Shown: positions 24,485-37,946 of the stretch, in pieces
How the letters are laid out: every line of letters starts with the position of its first letter
Numbering within the stretch: the first letter of the stretch is position 1
From: Patellaria atrata CBS 101060
Taxonomy: Eukaryota
Assembly (NCBI GenBank): GCA_010093705.1
Contig: MU006098.1
Location: 107,981-171,980, forward strand
Length of the DNA: 64,000 nt
Reading direction: 5' to 3'
Translations under genes and position numbers: made by a program
Notes under the pieces: model-generated
What the model saw: only the letters and a program-made list of their open reading frames with translations
What the model was told of the DNA's origin: nothing
Database searches by the model: none

Positions 24485-25437
24485 GAGGGCAATGAGAGAC
24501 TGATACTATTCAGCTGAGAGATTTTCAGCTGGAATGAGCTACAATATGAAGCCTTTCCCGCACCCTAGCATCTTTTCGGATTACTTCTCGACATTGTGAT
24601 CTATTCAAGTGCTGGTAGGGATATGAAGCCACTATCACGGGTGTTTGGAGCGCTTGAGAATCGAGAGGACGTCGTTCTTCGTGTGAGATTGATCGTGCCT
24701 GCCAAGCAATTTTCTCTGGTCCACTCAGAGCTTTTTTTCCGCAATTCCCATCACGCCCACCTTTACACCAGATATGGCGCAAGACCGGGGAATTTGGGAA
24801 CATTCGGAGAAAGAGAAGCGGGCACAGAATAGGGTGAGTGTGCTCGAAAGCACCAATCCATATGAGATAAGTCTGATCTTAATATCTGGTATTATGGAAT
24901 ATCTGGGGTTGAAACGAAATGCCGGCCGCCTCCATACACATTCACTTATTGGCATATATTTTATCCAAATCTGAATGGGATGTAATAATAATATTATTAT
25001 CAGGATTAAAGCATATTTGAGACATTTCAGACTGTTTTCTAAAGAAAAAAAAAGATAAGTTCAAACCTAAGAAAGGGGCTTTCAAGTTTCAAGTCTTCAA
25101 GTTGATGCTGAAATGTACTAGCCTCCCGTTTTGGCTTGGCAACCAACCACACGATCATCTATCCAGCCTCCCGTTGTTATTCACTCTCAACTTTACATAT
25201 TCAAGTTCCAGCCACAATAATCTCATCTGAAATACAGATGGTAGGTATATTTCTCAAATTTGCCTGTTCCACTTCAATTATATTCCCAAAAACGCTACCA
25301 ACTAACTCGCTACCACCGTTAACAACCTAAATCACACCGTCATCTTCTCCTTCCAAACTGTTGATAGCAATTTACAGCTTTCTTTTCTACTCACCCAGCG
25401 AACTACATTTTCTATAATCCTCTTCAGGATTGAGATC

Positions 25438-25902
25438 ATGTTATGTGCATACCTCATCTCCCTCGCACTTTTCTTTACTTCAACGACATCTTTACCCTTA
25501 GCGGATGTACTTGTTGGACAGCTCATTGCGCGTGCCTCTCCACGGTATTCCGTTGTCAATGTTGATGGCGGCTCCTCTCAAGCTCCAATTCCTACAACCG
25601 TTATACACACCATCAAACAATCAGTAACTAAGACCGCGGACACTGTTCCTACTATGGTGATGAACGAACCACCGGCGACAACCATAATCATCCCACCAAT
25701 GTCCACCGTTACTCTCCCAGCCACAACGGTTGTCATAGTGGAAACTCAATCTCCGGGCACGACGGAATACTACGATGATGGTTTGTGGCATACCTATTAT
25801 GCCAAAAAGACCTGGACAACTGAATTAGTGGGCTCTCCGACCATCACAGCCGCTAGCTACGCAACATCCTCTTCAAGCCAATACTCAACCGCAACTCCAT
25901 AA
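25438..25902 (+). CDS. Small secreted Thr-rich protein (154 aa)
   Basis: Signal peptide, YSVVNVDGG, a Thr/Val-rich middle and YYDDGLWHTYY near the C-terminus. Confidence 0.7.
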   Translation: MLCAYLISLALFFTSTTSLPLADVLVGQLIARASPRYSVVNVDGGSSQAPIPTTVIHTIKQSVTKTADTVPTMVMNEPPATTIIIPPMSTVTLPATTVVIVETQSPGTTEYYDDGLWHTYYAKKTWTTELVGSPTITAASYATSSSSQYSTATP

Positions 25903-26528
25903 CCTATCACCTAAGGGGCAATTTCCGGCTCTAGGTGATGCTTCTTTTTCGAAGATTTTGGTTCAGCCGGAATATTTTATATTTCGATGTGCGCTGAGGT
26001 GCTCTCGAACGATTTTTATTCTCGAACATACTTCAATTTAACCTGCACGGGATTCTGCAGAAATCTACTACTCTAGGAATTGTACGGTTGGCTAAGACAG
26101 CAACTTTTCCTTCATGAACATACCTTACGGTAAATGATTAATGGGGTATGGATACTGGGTGACTAGATGGGTTATTGCATTGGGAAGGGAGTTGAGCATA
26201 GCATAGCGTTGTCTTTAATAGAAATTGATTTATTTTACTCTCTAAAGCTGTGAACAACTTTAAAGATTGATAATGAATCGATGACAACAAAGTTGATAAC
26301 CAACAAAGGAGCGGTATTGTATGCCAATAATGATGTACGTAGGGCTGCGTCAGAGTGGCTTGAAGTCGTACTTACACCCCGAAATGTGGCTAGTGAGCTC
26401 GTCCAACCCGACCTTCCTCACTCGGGATCTCCAGCTATATCTAAAAGTGGTGTATGGCTGCAAGACATCCCACAGCTTACAGAGACCCTAGGGCCCCAAA
26501 GTCAACATTACCTTCGAGCGGTTACGGA

Positions 26529-29463
26529 ATGGCGTCGCCACCACCAGTAGAAGATCAGGGTCGCCTGCTAGAAGATGCCCTCGTTGTGGTGAAGCATCAG
26601 ACAGCTCTCATGCGAAAGTGCCTGGAGACACCGGGGAAGCTTATGGATGCTCTGAAATGTTGGTGCGTGAGCTTGAACTTGAGTTTCTATGAGACGACCT
26701 CTGGGTTATGCTTCAAGTTTGTCTAATCTGTCTATAGTTCTACATTGGTATCAGAGCTTCGAACGAGTAGTCTTGGCCCTAAGCAATACTACGAGCTCTA
26801 CATGGCCGTGTTCGACGCATTGCGGCACCTATCTGTCTACCTACGAGAGAACCACCCCGTGAATCACCTTGCAGACTTATACGAGCTCGTCCAGTATGCG
26901 GGCAACATTATCCCCCGGCTTTATCTCATGATTACCGTTGGAACAGTCTACATGGCTATAGAAGATGCGCCTGTGAAGGAGATAATGAAGGATATGATGG
27001 AAATGAGTCGCGGAGTTCAACATCCAACGCGAGGTCTCTTCTTACGCTATTATCTCTCCGGACAAGCGCGGGATCATCTACCCACTGGCGATGGAGATGG
27101 GCCGCAAGGCAACCTTCAGGACTCGATCAGCTTTATTTTGACCAATTTCGTCGAGATGAATAAGCTTTGGGTACGTCTACAACATCAAGGTCACTCGAGG
27201 GAACGCGAGCAGAGGACAAAAGAGAGACAGGAACTACAACTTCTGGTCGGAAGTAATTTGGTGCGGTTAAGTCAATTAGTGGACCTAGAAAACTACAAGA
27301 AGATTCTCGCACCATTGCTCGAACAGGTCGTACAATGTCGAGATGTACTAGCCCAAGAGTATCTCTTAGAAGGTAGCTCACTCCATTGTTGTGTTTATGA
27401 AATCTTCTGACCTAGTATTATAGTCATAACTCAGGTCTTCCCGGATGATTTCCACCTCCACACCCTCGATCAATTCCTCTCCGCTACTGCAAGATTAAAC
27501 CCCCACGTAAACATAAAGGGCATCGTCATAGGACTTATGGATAGACTTTCTGCTTATGCTCAGCGAGAAGCACAAAGTGAGACTCCCGAGGCAAGACAGA
27601 AAGCAGAAGAGGACGCGACTGCAGCACTTTTAGAAAAACTACAAATATCAAAGGAGTCAAAAGAGACGCCCAAGCAACAGAATGGTGATACCTCAAGCAT
27701 TAGCTCTACAGATGCCGAATCACCTCCTTCGGATACATCATCAGACACGGCAGTAGCGCCACCATCTATAGCAGAAAGTGATACCACTGCTACAGAGACG
27801 GACGGGGAAAGCTCGAAGAAAAGAGGAATACCGGATAATGTCAAACTGTTCGAGATATTCTACGAGCAAGTCGCAACACTTGTCAAGCAACAACGACTGC
27901 CTATTCAAGACACGATTGCTCTGTTGGTCTCGTTAACGAATCTAGCTCTGTAAGAGTTACTCCGAATATCATAAGACACAACCACTGACAGACACAGTAA
28001 CATTTACCCGGAGCATTTGGAATATGTCGATCAAGTGTTAGCATTCGCTAACGAGAAGGTCACTCAATTCGCAAATAGCGCTGACTTACATTCTCAAGCA
28101 TGTCAGTCAAACATACTCAGCTTACTTCTTGCCCCTGTTAAAGTATATTTCTCACTTTTCACTGCTCTCGCCTTACCTAACTTCATCCCCCTATTACACT
28201 CCCAACCATACCCTACCCGACGTGCCGTAGCCGGCGAAGTAGTTAAAACCCTACTCCGAAACGAAACCAAAATCTCCACAGTCTCCCATCTAGAGGGCGT
28301 CCTCGAAATTGTCAAAGTCCTCATCAAAGAAGGGACCCAACAATCTTCCGGCTACCCCGGCGGCCCCCTCCAACGCAAAGGCGTCGAGACCGACGAAACA
28401 ATTGAAGAGCAAGGCTGGCTCGCCCGGCTCGTCCACCTCATTCAAGGCTCGACCAACGACACCCAATTCCAGCTCCTCCAAACCGCCCGTAAAGCCTTCA
28501 ACGAGGGTAACGAGAGGGTCAAATACACGACCCCAGCTTTCATAACCTCAAGCTTGAAACTTGCAAGAGGATTCAAAGCTCGAGAGCACTTCGACGACAA
28601 CACATCAACCCAGCTAAGCGCCCTTTACAAATTCGCCCACACAACCATCTCAACCCTCTACTCCCGCGTCACGGGTTCCGCAGACCTTGCACTCCGCCTC
28701 TTCGTCGCGTGCGGCCAGATCGCCGACCAAACGGACACAGAGGAGGTCGCGTACGAGTTCTTCGCTCAGGCCTTCACCGTCTACGAAGAAGCGATCAGCG
28801 ACTCGCGCGCGCAATTCCAGGCCGTCTGCGTCATCGCCGGCGCGCTGCACACGACGCGCCATTTCGGCAAGGAGAACTACGATACCCTCATCACGAAGGC
28901 GGCGCTGCATGGGAGCAAGCTGCTCAAGAAACCGGATCAGTGTCGTGCCGTTTATTTAGCTAGTCATCTCTGGTGGGCGACAGAGTTGAGGACTGCCGGG
29001 GAGGAGGGCGAGGATCCGAAGAATGTAAGTAGGAGAGACGGCTGTACTGAGGGAGATGATTGCTGATTTTTGACCTAGCTCTACCGCGACGGCAAACGCG
29101 TCCTCGAGTGTCTCCAGCGCGCCCTCCGCGTCGCGGATGCGTGCATGGATACAGCTGTCTCTGTTGAACTGTTCGTAGAGATCTTGAACCGTTACGTTTA
29201 CTACTTCGACCAGGAGAACGAAGCGGTGTGTTTTCCCCTCTCCATAAAAACCCCGCCCCCGTTCTCCTTTTTTGGGGTAGAGATACTGACGGCATGTACA
29301 GGTGACGACGAAATATCTGAACGGCCTCATCGAGCTCATCCACTCTAACCTCCAGACCAACGAGGCGACATCCAGTCTTGAAAACCCGCGCAGGCATTTC
29401 CAGCGCACGTTGGAGTATATCACCAGCAGGGAGTATGAGGGCGTCGTCACGGATCCGAAGTGA
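26529..29463 (+). CDS. VPS35: Retromer cargo-recognition subunit Vps35, multi-exon
   Basis: [48 protein letters not shown] and [20 protein letters not shown]. Spliced to the stop at 29461-29463. Confidence 0.98.
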
Positions 29464-29937
29464 ACCAGTGCTGACGTACGTGGGTTTGCAAGAAAGTCGT
29501 CACTGCGCCTTTAAAGGGTTACGGGACTTTGTGGGGGCTTTGCGAAGGGCCTGCTTTGATGTGAGGGAAGGGAAGGACGGCCTTAAGAGGTATGTAATAG
29601 TAGATATTGGCCATGTGGTATTTTGCACCATCAGCACTTGGAGGAGCAGGATGACGAGATGGGTAAAGTGAGAGGGAGACTGTAAGTAGAGATAAAAGGA
29701 TGGGTCAGATAGCGAAGTAATGCTAAAGAGGGAACCTGCAATTGCTGGTACATGCGGTTCTGCCATCCATCGACCTTTGAATCTATGACTATGTCCTTGT
29801 ATGGACATTCCCTTCCAATAATGGTCTTTTGACCATTGCTATGCTCCTATCGATGGGAAGATATCCACAAGTAGTCTAAAGCCCGTTCCACAAGTCTAAT
29901 CCCAAAGGCTCCTAAAACGACACGACCCAAACCGAAC

Positions 29938-29993
29938 TCAGTCCCTTAAACCTCCCTTCCTTATAAACCCCATCCCCTCCCCTTCACCCCCCC

Positions 29994-30032
<39 letters not shown>

Positions 30033-30654
30033 CCCATTTCCCAACCGCGCCCAAAACCCCCTCCTCGTCCTCCTTAGCTCTATTCAACCTCTCCCGCTCC
30101 GCCGCCGTCCCGTCCGGATACGGGTTTTGCACGTATCCCGGCGGATGCTCGATCGAATGTCTCCCCATATCTGTCTCCTCACCTTTACCCCTGTCCATAT
30201 CTCTCTCTGTGGAATAGCCGGATTGAAACGGCGAAGGCTGCGGTATCCCCGCGATTGTGGATTTGGTGCTGAGATGGGTCTGTTGAGGCGCGGGGAAGGA
30301 GAGTTGAGGTGGTGGAGGAGGTTCGGCGGCGCGGGTTTCGGTCACTGTGCGCGTTTCCGTTATCACAGGCGAGGGCGAGGGACCGGCGTGTGGGGCTGGT
30401 GGGATGGGTGTGGTGCCCGTGGGAGCGGGGGTTGAGGAGGTAGGTGGGCGGGGACGGGCTGCTGGTTGTGGGGGAGGGGGATCGAAGGTCGCGGTCGTGG
30501 TTGCGGGGATGCTGGCGGGAAAGGTACGGGTTGGAGGCAGTTGTTGATGATGGGGGTGGTCGGAGGAAGAGGAGGCCGTTTGCGGTGTTGTGCCGTCTGG
30601 TTTCGCGGCTGCGGTGGATATTGGGTCGTTGAGGTGGATTGGGATAGGTGGCAT
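29938..30654 (-). CDS. Pro/Thr-rich hypothetical protein (238 aa) with a poly-Gly tail encoded by a C37 run
   Basis: ORF MPPIPIHLNDPI...SIEHPPGYVQNPY. The run 29995-30031 is 37 consecutive C. Confidence 0.65.
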
Positions 30655-31489
30655 CGTGGAACTGAGGGACGCAAAGTCTCGATTGTTCTGTTATAGTTGT
30701 TTTTGGGTTTATCTGAAGCTGGTGACTGATGGTCGTGGGTGAATGTGTTGTTCTACATTTCGGGATCTGAGCGTGTCTTAAGGTAGTTGAGCTTTAAGGG
30801 TTCCTTTGAAGGTGACTTCCCGAAGTGTTACTGATGACATCATACCATGAAAGGGGAAGGAATGCGGATCCCTAATTTGTGTCGGACCGAAATATCGAGT
30901 TCCCAAACAAAGAATCGAGAAATAGCAGCGCACGTAAATTAGTTGTTGCAGATCCATCTGTACCTGAATGTGCATCTCGTGCGAGGGTTCACGCGACGTG
31001 TACTGTACTGTACATCAACACATGAACATCAGGAGCAAATAAAACACTTTTTGAACCAACGGAAATTCTATACTAGAGCTTGATCAAACCATCGCCACAT
31101 GGACCGCCGAAACCCCCAATGCCGAAAAATGTTTCTATCGACAGAAGAGAGCACCCGCGCGCTGATTGACCAAAGCAGAAGAAAATCAACTAAGACAGAA
31201 CAAACCGGAGGAAAGTAGCAAATGCAAGCTTATGGAGAGGGACTAAGGTAGTACAAGTTTCGATGTGCTTTGCAGAGATAGGTAGAAAATTGTGCCAGGC
31301 AGTAAAGTACAGAAGGCAGGGAAAAGAGAAGATTTCATCCTTCGCCCCAGAGCGCTTTCGTGACCAGAGCAATCTTCCACCACGAACATAGGCTTGATAT
31401 TGCTCCTTTTCCAGATCATTCTATCAATCAACCCTCTTCACTTCATTACATCTCCAACCCCCTTCCACACCATTCTATCTTTCTCTCGT

Positions 31490-33064
31490 TTAACCTGACC
31501 CACCCTTGAAGGCCTTGCCGAACATGAGCAGCTGGACTTGGTCGTAGATGGAAAGAACACCAGCACCGGCGACACCACGGAGAATGTTAGCACCGGCACC
31601 CTTGAAGAGAGACTTGACGCCCTCAGCAGCGATAATCTTGCGGGCAGCATCCATAGAAGAGCTATACTTGACGGCCTGTGGAAAGAATGTTAGTATTTGT
31701 TGTTTGTCGAGGATCAGGGAAGCTCGATACATACCTCACCAGATGTCATCATCATACGACGACGGATAGTGTCCAATGGGTAAGAAGCGATACCAGCACC
31801 AGTAGTGACAGTCCAACCGAGCAAGAAGGAAGCAAGGAAGTTACCCTCAAGAGGACCAACGAGGACGACAGGCTTGATGGAATCGTACATGCCGAAGTAC
31901 AGACCACGGTAGACGACGATACCAAGAACGGAGGGCATGAAACCACGGTAGAGACCGGCAATACCGTCAGATGCGAGGGTCTTCTTGTAAACATCAACGA
32001 GACCGTTGAACTGGCGCTCACCACCCTTCTTAGCGTTCTTGGCGTCATTGGCAAGACGGGTACGGGCATAATCGAGAGAGTAGACGAAGAGGAGAGAAGT
32101 AGCACCGGCAGCCTGTAGATATTTAGTTTTGTATTATCACATTGCTTTTGCGATCGTGACTTACACCACCGGAAGCCAAGTTACCCATCATCCACTTGGC
32201 ATAACCATCACGCTCCTTCTTGAAGGCGAACATCGACTTGTAGGTATCGCGGAAAGCGAAGTTAAGAGCCTGGGTAGGGAAGTATCGGATAACGTTGGCA
32301 GTGTTACCACGCCATAGGGAGACGAAACCCTCATCGGCAGTGGTGCGGCGGAAACAGTCGGCGATACCGTTGTACTTGCGGTCAAGACGCCCTGATTTCA
32401 ACATCTCATCCTGTTGACAGATACTGATTAGCCATGTTCCTTGATAAAGGATTGGTAAGGCTAGATGCAACTCCGGAGCAGTTCCGACTGTTATTACGGA
32501 CAAGATCCGTCACAACCTTCGTAACGAAACTTGGGAAACTATCGTTTGAATAGCAATTGAGGTTTTATAATGGACTTACTTGATTCTGGATGAGAAGCTT
32601 GACACGCTCGATGGGAGCGGCGGCGGTCTTCGAGACGGCAGCGGAGACACCACCCACTGGAGATAAGGGATTAGCGACCGCAACATATACACAAATTGTC
32701 CGGAAAAGAGAGATATCGATGAAAAGCCATCAATGGCATCGACTGATGATAGAATCAGGTGTGGACATACTCAAGAAGTCGACCACGAAGCCCTAGAAGA
32801 GATTATGTTAGATGCATGTCGGAAAAAAAAAAAAAAAAAAACTTCGAATCAACAACAAAACACAACTCTGAGCCATCGAAACGTGCTGAAACTGCATTTC
32901 AATCTTGTCGCAGTGTATTCCGTTACAATTGCAAAGCTATTACTTGCAAGTCTCAATGGCGCAAAACGGTTTCGGTGTAGCTGTAGTTGAGAATAGGGAG
33001 AAACGGACTGTAGACCTACCGGCATGCCCATAAAGGACTTCTTGGGCTGAGGAGCATCTGTCAT
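31490..33064 (-). CDS. AAC: Mitochondrial ADP/ATP carrier, 6 exons
   Basis: [47 protein letters not shown], the signature RRRMMM and [20 protein letters not shown]. Confidence 0.99.
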
Positions 33065-33848
33065 TGTGATGGATTAATAACAACCGCTGCTATTATGGGA
33101 TAAGGGAATGAGGGGAGATGGGGATGAGGTTCTTTCGTGTAGAGAAGTTGTAGATGAGGATCGGAGTTGTAGGAATTGAGGAAGAGGTTTTAAGGGAGCT
33201 CTGCCAAGGCGCAAAGTTCCAAGGGAGCAGGACCGGGCGGGAAAAATCGGTAACCCAGCGAAAGACTATTTAAAAATTTTGAACTCGTATAATTTTTAAA
33301 TGGTCCCCTAAATATTCGAATTATTCTCAATAATAATTCTAGGCCTTCCTTTTCCTGTAACTGCTACCATGGACCTTACAATTATAAAATGTAGAACTAA
33401 ATAATGGTCAAGCTGAAGAGCTGTAGATCAGAACTTTCCGAGCCGACATCTCCCTTTGACCGCTCGCGCCGTTATCAACCTCACGTGCCCCGGACTCCTA
33501 AGGTATTGGTCGTTAATCGGGTACTCATGCTTATTTTGTAACTATTTGAGGTATTTCATACATATGCTCCTATCAACCATCATGCCCCACAGGTTGCATC
33601 TAGGATCTGAATTCTGGTGAAGCATTTATTCAGATCTTGAGCTACGTGAGCTAGTATCGGCACCCGTATGCGACACATTATCCGTTCCCCGAGGAGCCTC
33701 AACCTCGCTCCGCACTCCTCTCACTATCATTCTCCCTTTGCACCACTGGAACTATTATAAATTTATACTGGAAATTATTTTACAGAAATGAAAATCCCCC
33801 GAGCCCCCTTGAGCTACCTTCGATCCACTATTCCTTGGTCCATCTCAT

Positions 33849-35442
33849 TCAATAAACACCAGGTACAATTCTCCATGGAACCTTTTTGCAATAAATGTCC
33901 CAGTCCGCTCCGTACTTGTTTCTGCACTTCTGCTCGTCTCTTCTTTCACGATGAAGGAGCAATATTGCAAAGTACAACATGAAGAAATATGTCACGATTA
34001 TTCCCCATCCTTTAGCTTCTCCGGGAACCACTTCTGCCCTCACGGGTTGACCTCCAAAGATTCCCCCATCCGCAGGTGATGTGCCATCGAAGTCTGGTGA
34101 GGCTGGTCTTTGCTGGATAACATACCCGGAGATCAAAGTCGGGAGACAATATGCCCAAGACATAAACCAATCCCCGAGATAGTTGATGTGACGAGCAGTC
34201 CCCCACCAACCAGAAGTGAGGAGCTTGCTTCCCGATTTTGTCTCCATGTATTCCAAGTGAGCGATCTTAGGGTCCTTTGGATTGTTTCTGAATCGATTTT
34301 TCTCGTTATTTGTGGCACGGAAGATATAATATCCAGTTGCCTGGACTGCCATTACCAATGCAGTGCCCGTTACACCTAACTGGACTGGATGAACGGCCAG
34401 ATAACGTGCCGGTAAGACGTATATGAAAGGCACCCAGACCAAATCGCCGAAAGACAGCATGAATCCGAAGCCATCCGTAATGATGTCGATCGTTGTTAAA
34501 ATCGCTGGTTCCATATACAGCGCATCAAAGACGTACCAGCTTTGGGCGAAAACAACAAGTAAAATACTGGCGGTGATCGTACCATGTGTCCTGTACTGGC
34601 GTGCAATACTGGCCAGGCCAAGAATGACCCAGAGCAGCATACCAGGCCGAAGCTCCATCCAGGTCTTGATATCGACCTCGCCAAAAAGAGGTAGGGTGAC
34701 ACGGGGGTTCATTTCACGGCCAATGAACCAATCGTAGACAATATTACCACTGATACCACCCGGAGCATGTTCACGCTGATTGGGATTGGCCGGCTTGATG
34801 GAGAAGCTACGCACATAAACAAAAGTTGCAAGTGCGTAGGAAATGATCATATTGCTCGTCAAAAGGGGAATCTGGTTCTTCCATATGAAGACCCATGGGA
34901 CCCAATTAGCACCGTCGAGGAACGTGCCCGCTGCTGCAATTGCCATGGTGAATAAAGCCGAATAGAATGCTTGGTAGTACTGTTAGCAGGGGAAAACCCG
35001 TTTGTTCACATCATAACTTACCATTGAATCTATATGTGAGACGTCCAAAGGATCCATATTGAAGCTCCGTACCTTGTAAGGTCTGAGCCGGGAGAGTGGC
35101 ATATAGCACGAGACTCAAGAAGTAGTAGCCGATAGTAGCAAGGAAAGATTCTGTATTCAGCAAAGTAGAAGGACCATGCCAGCCAACCTCTTTCTTGAGC
35201 CTCTCAAGGGTCAGAGTAGATGGATGTAATAAGGATGGGGCTGGACATCCGGAAACATCGTTGCATAGAAAGTAAGCTGCATAGCAGATTATAGGCAGTA
35301 CGATAGTGATAAGGCTTACTCCTGGCCTAGAAAGAATTAGATGCTTAGCAGTTGTTTTTGTAATGTCCACTTACGGGCCGAAGAAATGATAACCATGGGC
35401 TTCTTTGAAGCTCAATGGCTTCCCGTCCTTTCCTTTCGCCAT
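33849..35442 (-). CDS. ERG24: Delta14-sterol reductase, 3 exons
   Basis: ATG 35442 (MAKGKD..GYHFFGP). Motifs YDWFIGREMNPR, DGFGFMLSFGDLVWVPF, LLTSGWWGTARHINYLGD, HRERRDEQKCRNKYG and the end VPWRIVPGVY. Confidence 0.93.
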
Positions 35443-35859
35443 TCCTACCTCCTGTGTTGCTTAGGGTGTGGGTGGCCTTAGGGAAGACAAATAAATAAAC
35501 TGTTTAAGGTAGTGTAGAAGCTCCAGTTACCCTCACAGCGTTCTCAGGTGCGGGACTGATATATCCGCCGCAAGCAATTGAACCTCGTATGATTTCGCTT
35601 GCACCGGGCTCTTACTTTCCTTCCCTCTCATCAGTCAGCACTTTTCTCGGAAGTGCATGCAGCCGTAAGGAAAAAAATTTGGTGACGAGATGCTCATTAA
35701 TTAGTTCCACCTCCTTGGCCAAGACATCTGGCACCGCGTAACCCCCTGCAGACACGGTTACCATTACATTAGGGGGACACGGCGAATTTAACGAATCAAA
35801 CCCAAACAACCATTTCCTTTCGTCACCGCAAGGGTAATATAATTGATCACAGCTTCATC

Positions 35860-37149
35860 ATGAGGCTCCTTTATTCTTCCCTCGCCTTCTTCCTCCTACA
35901 TGTCGCCTCCGCGGCCTCGGACGATAAGAAACCGCTCAAACCGTGCACTATACACTCCCCTCATAGCGAACGCTTCTTCGATCTCAATCCTATCGCTGTT
36001 CTCCCGCATGAGGAGGGCAAACCGGTACATAAGGATGACAGGACGGAAAGTTGGCATGCTAAGGGTCATGACTATAACACGAACTTTACGATAAACTTCT
36101 GCGCGCCGGTGGTGGAAGAGCTGGAAGATGTAGTGGGCGTAGAGAGCTCGTTGTGGAAGAATGTCAGCGCATACTACACGAAAGGGGGCAAGACGTATTC
36201 AATAGGGTGAGTGGAAGCATAGAGGGCAATTGTTCCGTGTTAGAATGATGGTTTGCGCAACGTCTAGTCCGCATATTGCGGAAGGCGCAAACTGTCTGGT
36301 CGAAGGGATGATGTTTACGGATCATGATGTTGGCAGCTCAGTGTACAGAAAATAAAAGACTAAGGGTATCCTCGCAGTCAAGCAAATACCGAACTCGTCT
36401 TCCGCGGCCGCAAACTCGTCCTCAATTATACCGACGGCTCTCCCTGCGATATTTCCTCATCCAAACGCTCCCTCTTCCCCCGCCAACTAGACGATCTTCC
36501 CTCCGATCCCCGTGACGACGACGACGAAGATGAAGATGAAGACCCACCCTCCGAATCGACCGAAAAGAAAAGACGAAAATCCACAATTTTCTCCCTCCTC
36601 TGCGAGAAGGATCCCCTAGCGCCAAAAACAACCGTCTCCTTCGTAGGTGCCAGCCCGGACGAGTGCACATATTTCTTCGAAGCCAGGACAGCCGCAGCGT
36701 GCGGAGGCGTAGAAATCGAGCAGCAGACTTTAAGCCCTGGCGGAGTATTCGGCGTGATGTACGTTCCTACAATACCCCAGATCCCCTTACCAGCGTACTA
36801 ACGCGGACACTGCAGCGCTCTTATCGCGATCCTTGTATATCTCATCGGCGGCTGCGTCTACCAGCGCACAGTAATTCATCAACGCGGTTGGCGCCAACTT
36901 CCTAATTACTCCATGTGGGCCGCGATCGCCGGTTTCTTCAGTGTAAGACCCCCTACCTCCAGACGAAGCAAAACCTAACATCGGTAATAGGACATCTTCA
37001 TCATCCTAACCTCATCCTGCGCACGCCTGCTCCCGAGCCGACGCGGCTACAGCAGGGTATCCTTGAACGGTAACGGGAGAGGCAGGGGTAGAGACCCGGA
37101 TGCGGAAAACAGACTCATAGACAATTTGGACGAGTCATGGGATGACTGA
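35860..37149 (+). CDS. MRL1: Mannose-6-phosphate receptor-like (Mrl1-like) vacuolar sorting receptor, 4 exons
   Basis: Signal peptide and MRH domain (SWHAKGHDY, FTINFCAPV, VLNYTDGSPC, CTYFFEARTAAAC). TM segment, HQRGWRQLPNY and C-terminal ENRLIDNLDESWDD. Divergent from ERG24. Confidence 0.88.
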
Positions 37150-37946
37150 CAGTGTTTTCAAATGAGCATTTATGGCGTCTGAAAGAATCTAAATCGGGGC
37201 TATATGGTATGGCGTTTGGTTTATATGGATATGGATCACAAATTGTGGTAGAAATTAGAGGGTGCGAAGTTGAGTATTGAGGTATGTATTGTATTAGTAT
37301 GACAAATGAATATATGCTAGAGTGCAGAGTGTATGACATTCCCGCTGAGACAAGGGAAAAGGAAGCTCCCGCTGCACGTCTTTGCACTCATCTTTCCCTA
37401 TCATGGTACCTTTTGACTCACTGGACGAGTACGGCCTTTGTGAAGAGTGTTCGCTGAGTGGACTGTACAAAAAATCACTCGACTGTACCCATTGCCAGAA
37501 AGTATCAAGTAGCCCCAACCGTACAAAATTACCAGATCGTACACAATCACTCAACTGTACAGTCCACCTCAAAAATCACTTAAGAGAATATGCACAATAC
37601 AAGCCAGGGTAAGGTTATCGGAACAATAGTTATGAGAATGCGGTTGTATATGTGGTACTCACTTCCTGGTCCCTAAAGCGTAGTTAAGCAGGGTGGTGTC
37701 TACTACCCGAGCATGTATATCGTACAATTGCAACAGAGTGATAAAGAGTCCAAAGATGATGATACGCCGTATATACCAAAGAGCAGATATACATATATAA
37801 AGGACACACCAGTATCACGTAAACCAAAGCCCAAACTCGAAGTATGCAAAGATGAAGAACAAGAGTCAACTCCTACCCAACGCCGGCGAATGCATAAACA
37901 CGCCAGGCCAAAACAACATACAACGATCCAGCTCAGCACTCACCAC

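Noticed and set aside
29995..30031. C37 run encoding a poly-Gly tract or G-quadruplex
   Set aside because: Such long homopolymers in a GC-skewed stretch are often sequencing or consensus artefacts. It cannot be interpreted without reads.
32412..33019. Intron-encoded snoRNAs in the long AAC introns
   Set aside because: No C (RUGAUGA)/D (CUGA) pair or H/ACA architecture found.
3040..37149. Apparent grouping of secretory/vacuolar trafficking genes (GTB1, Tre/Vps70-like, VPS35, MRL1)
   Set aside because: They are interspersed with unrelated housekeeping genes and show no shared regulatory signal; probably ordinary synteny.
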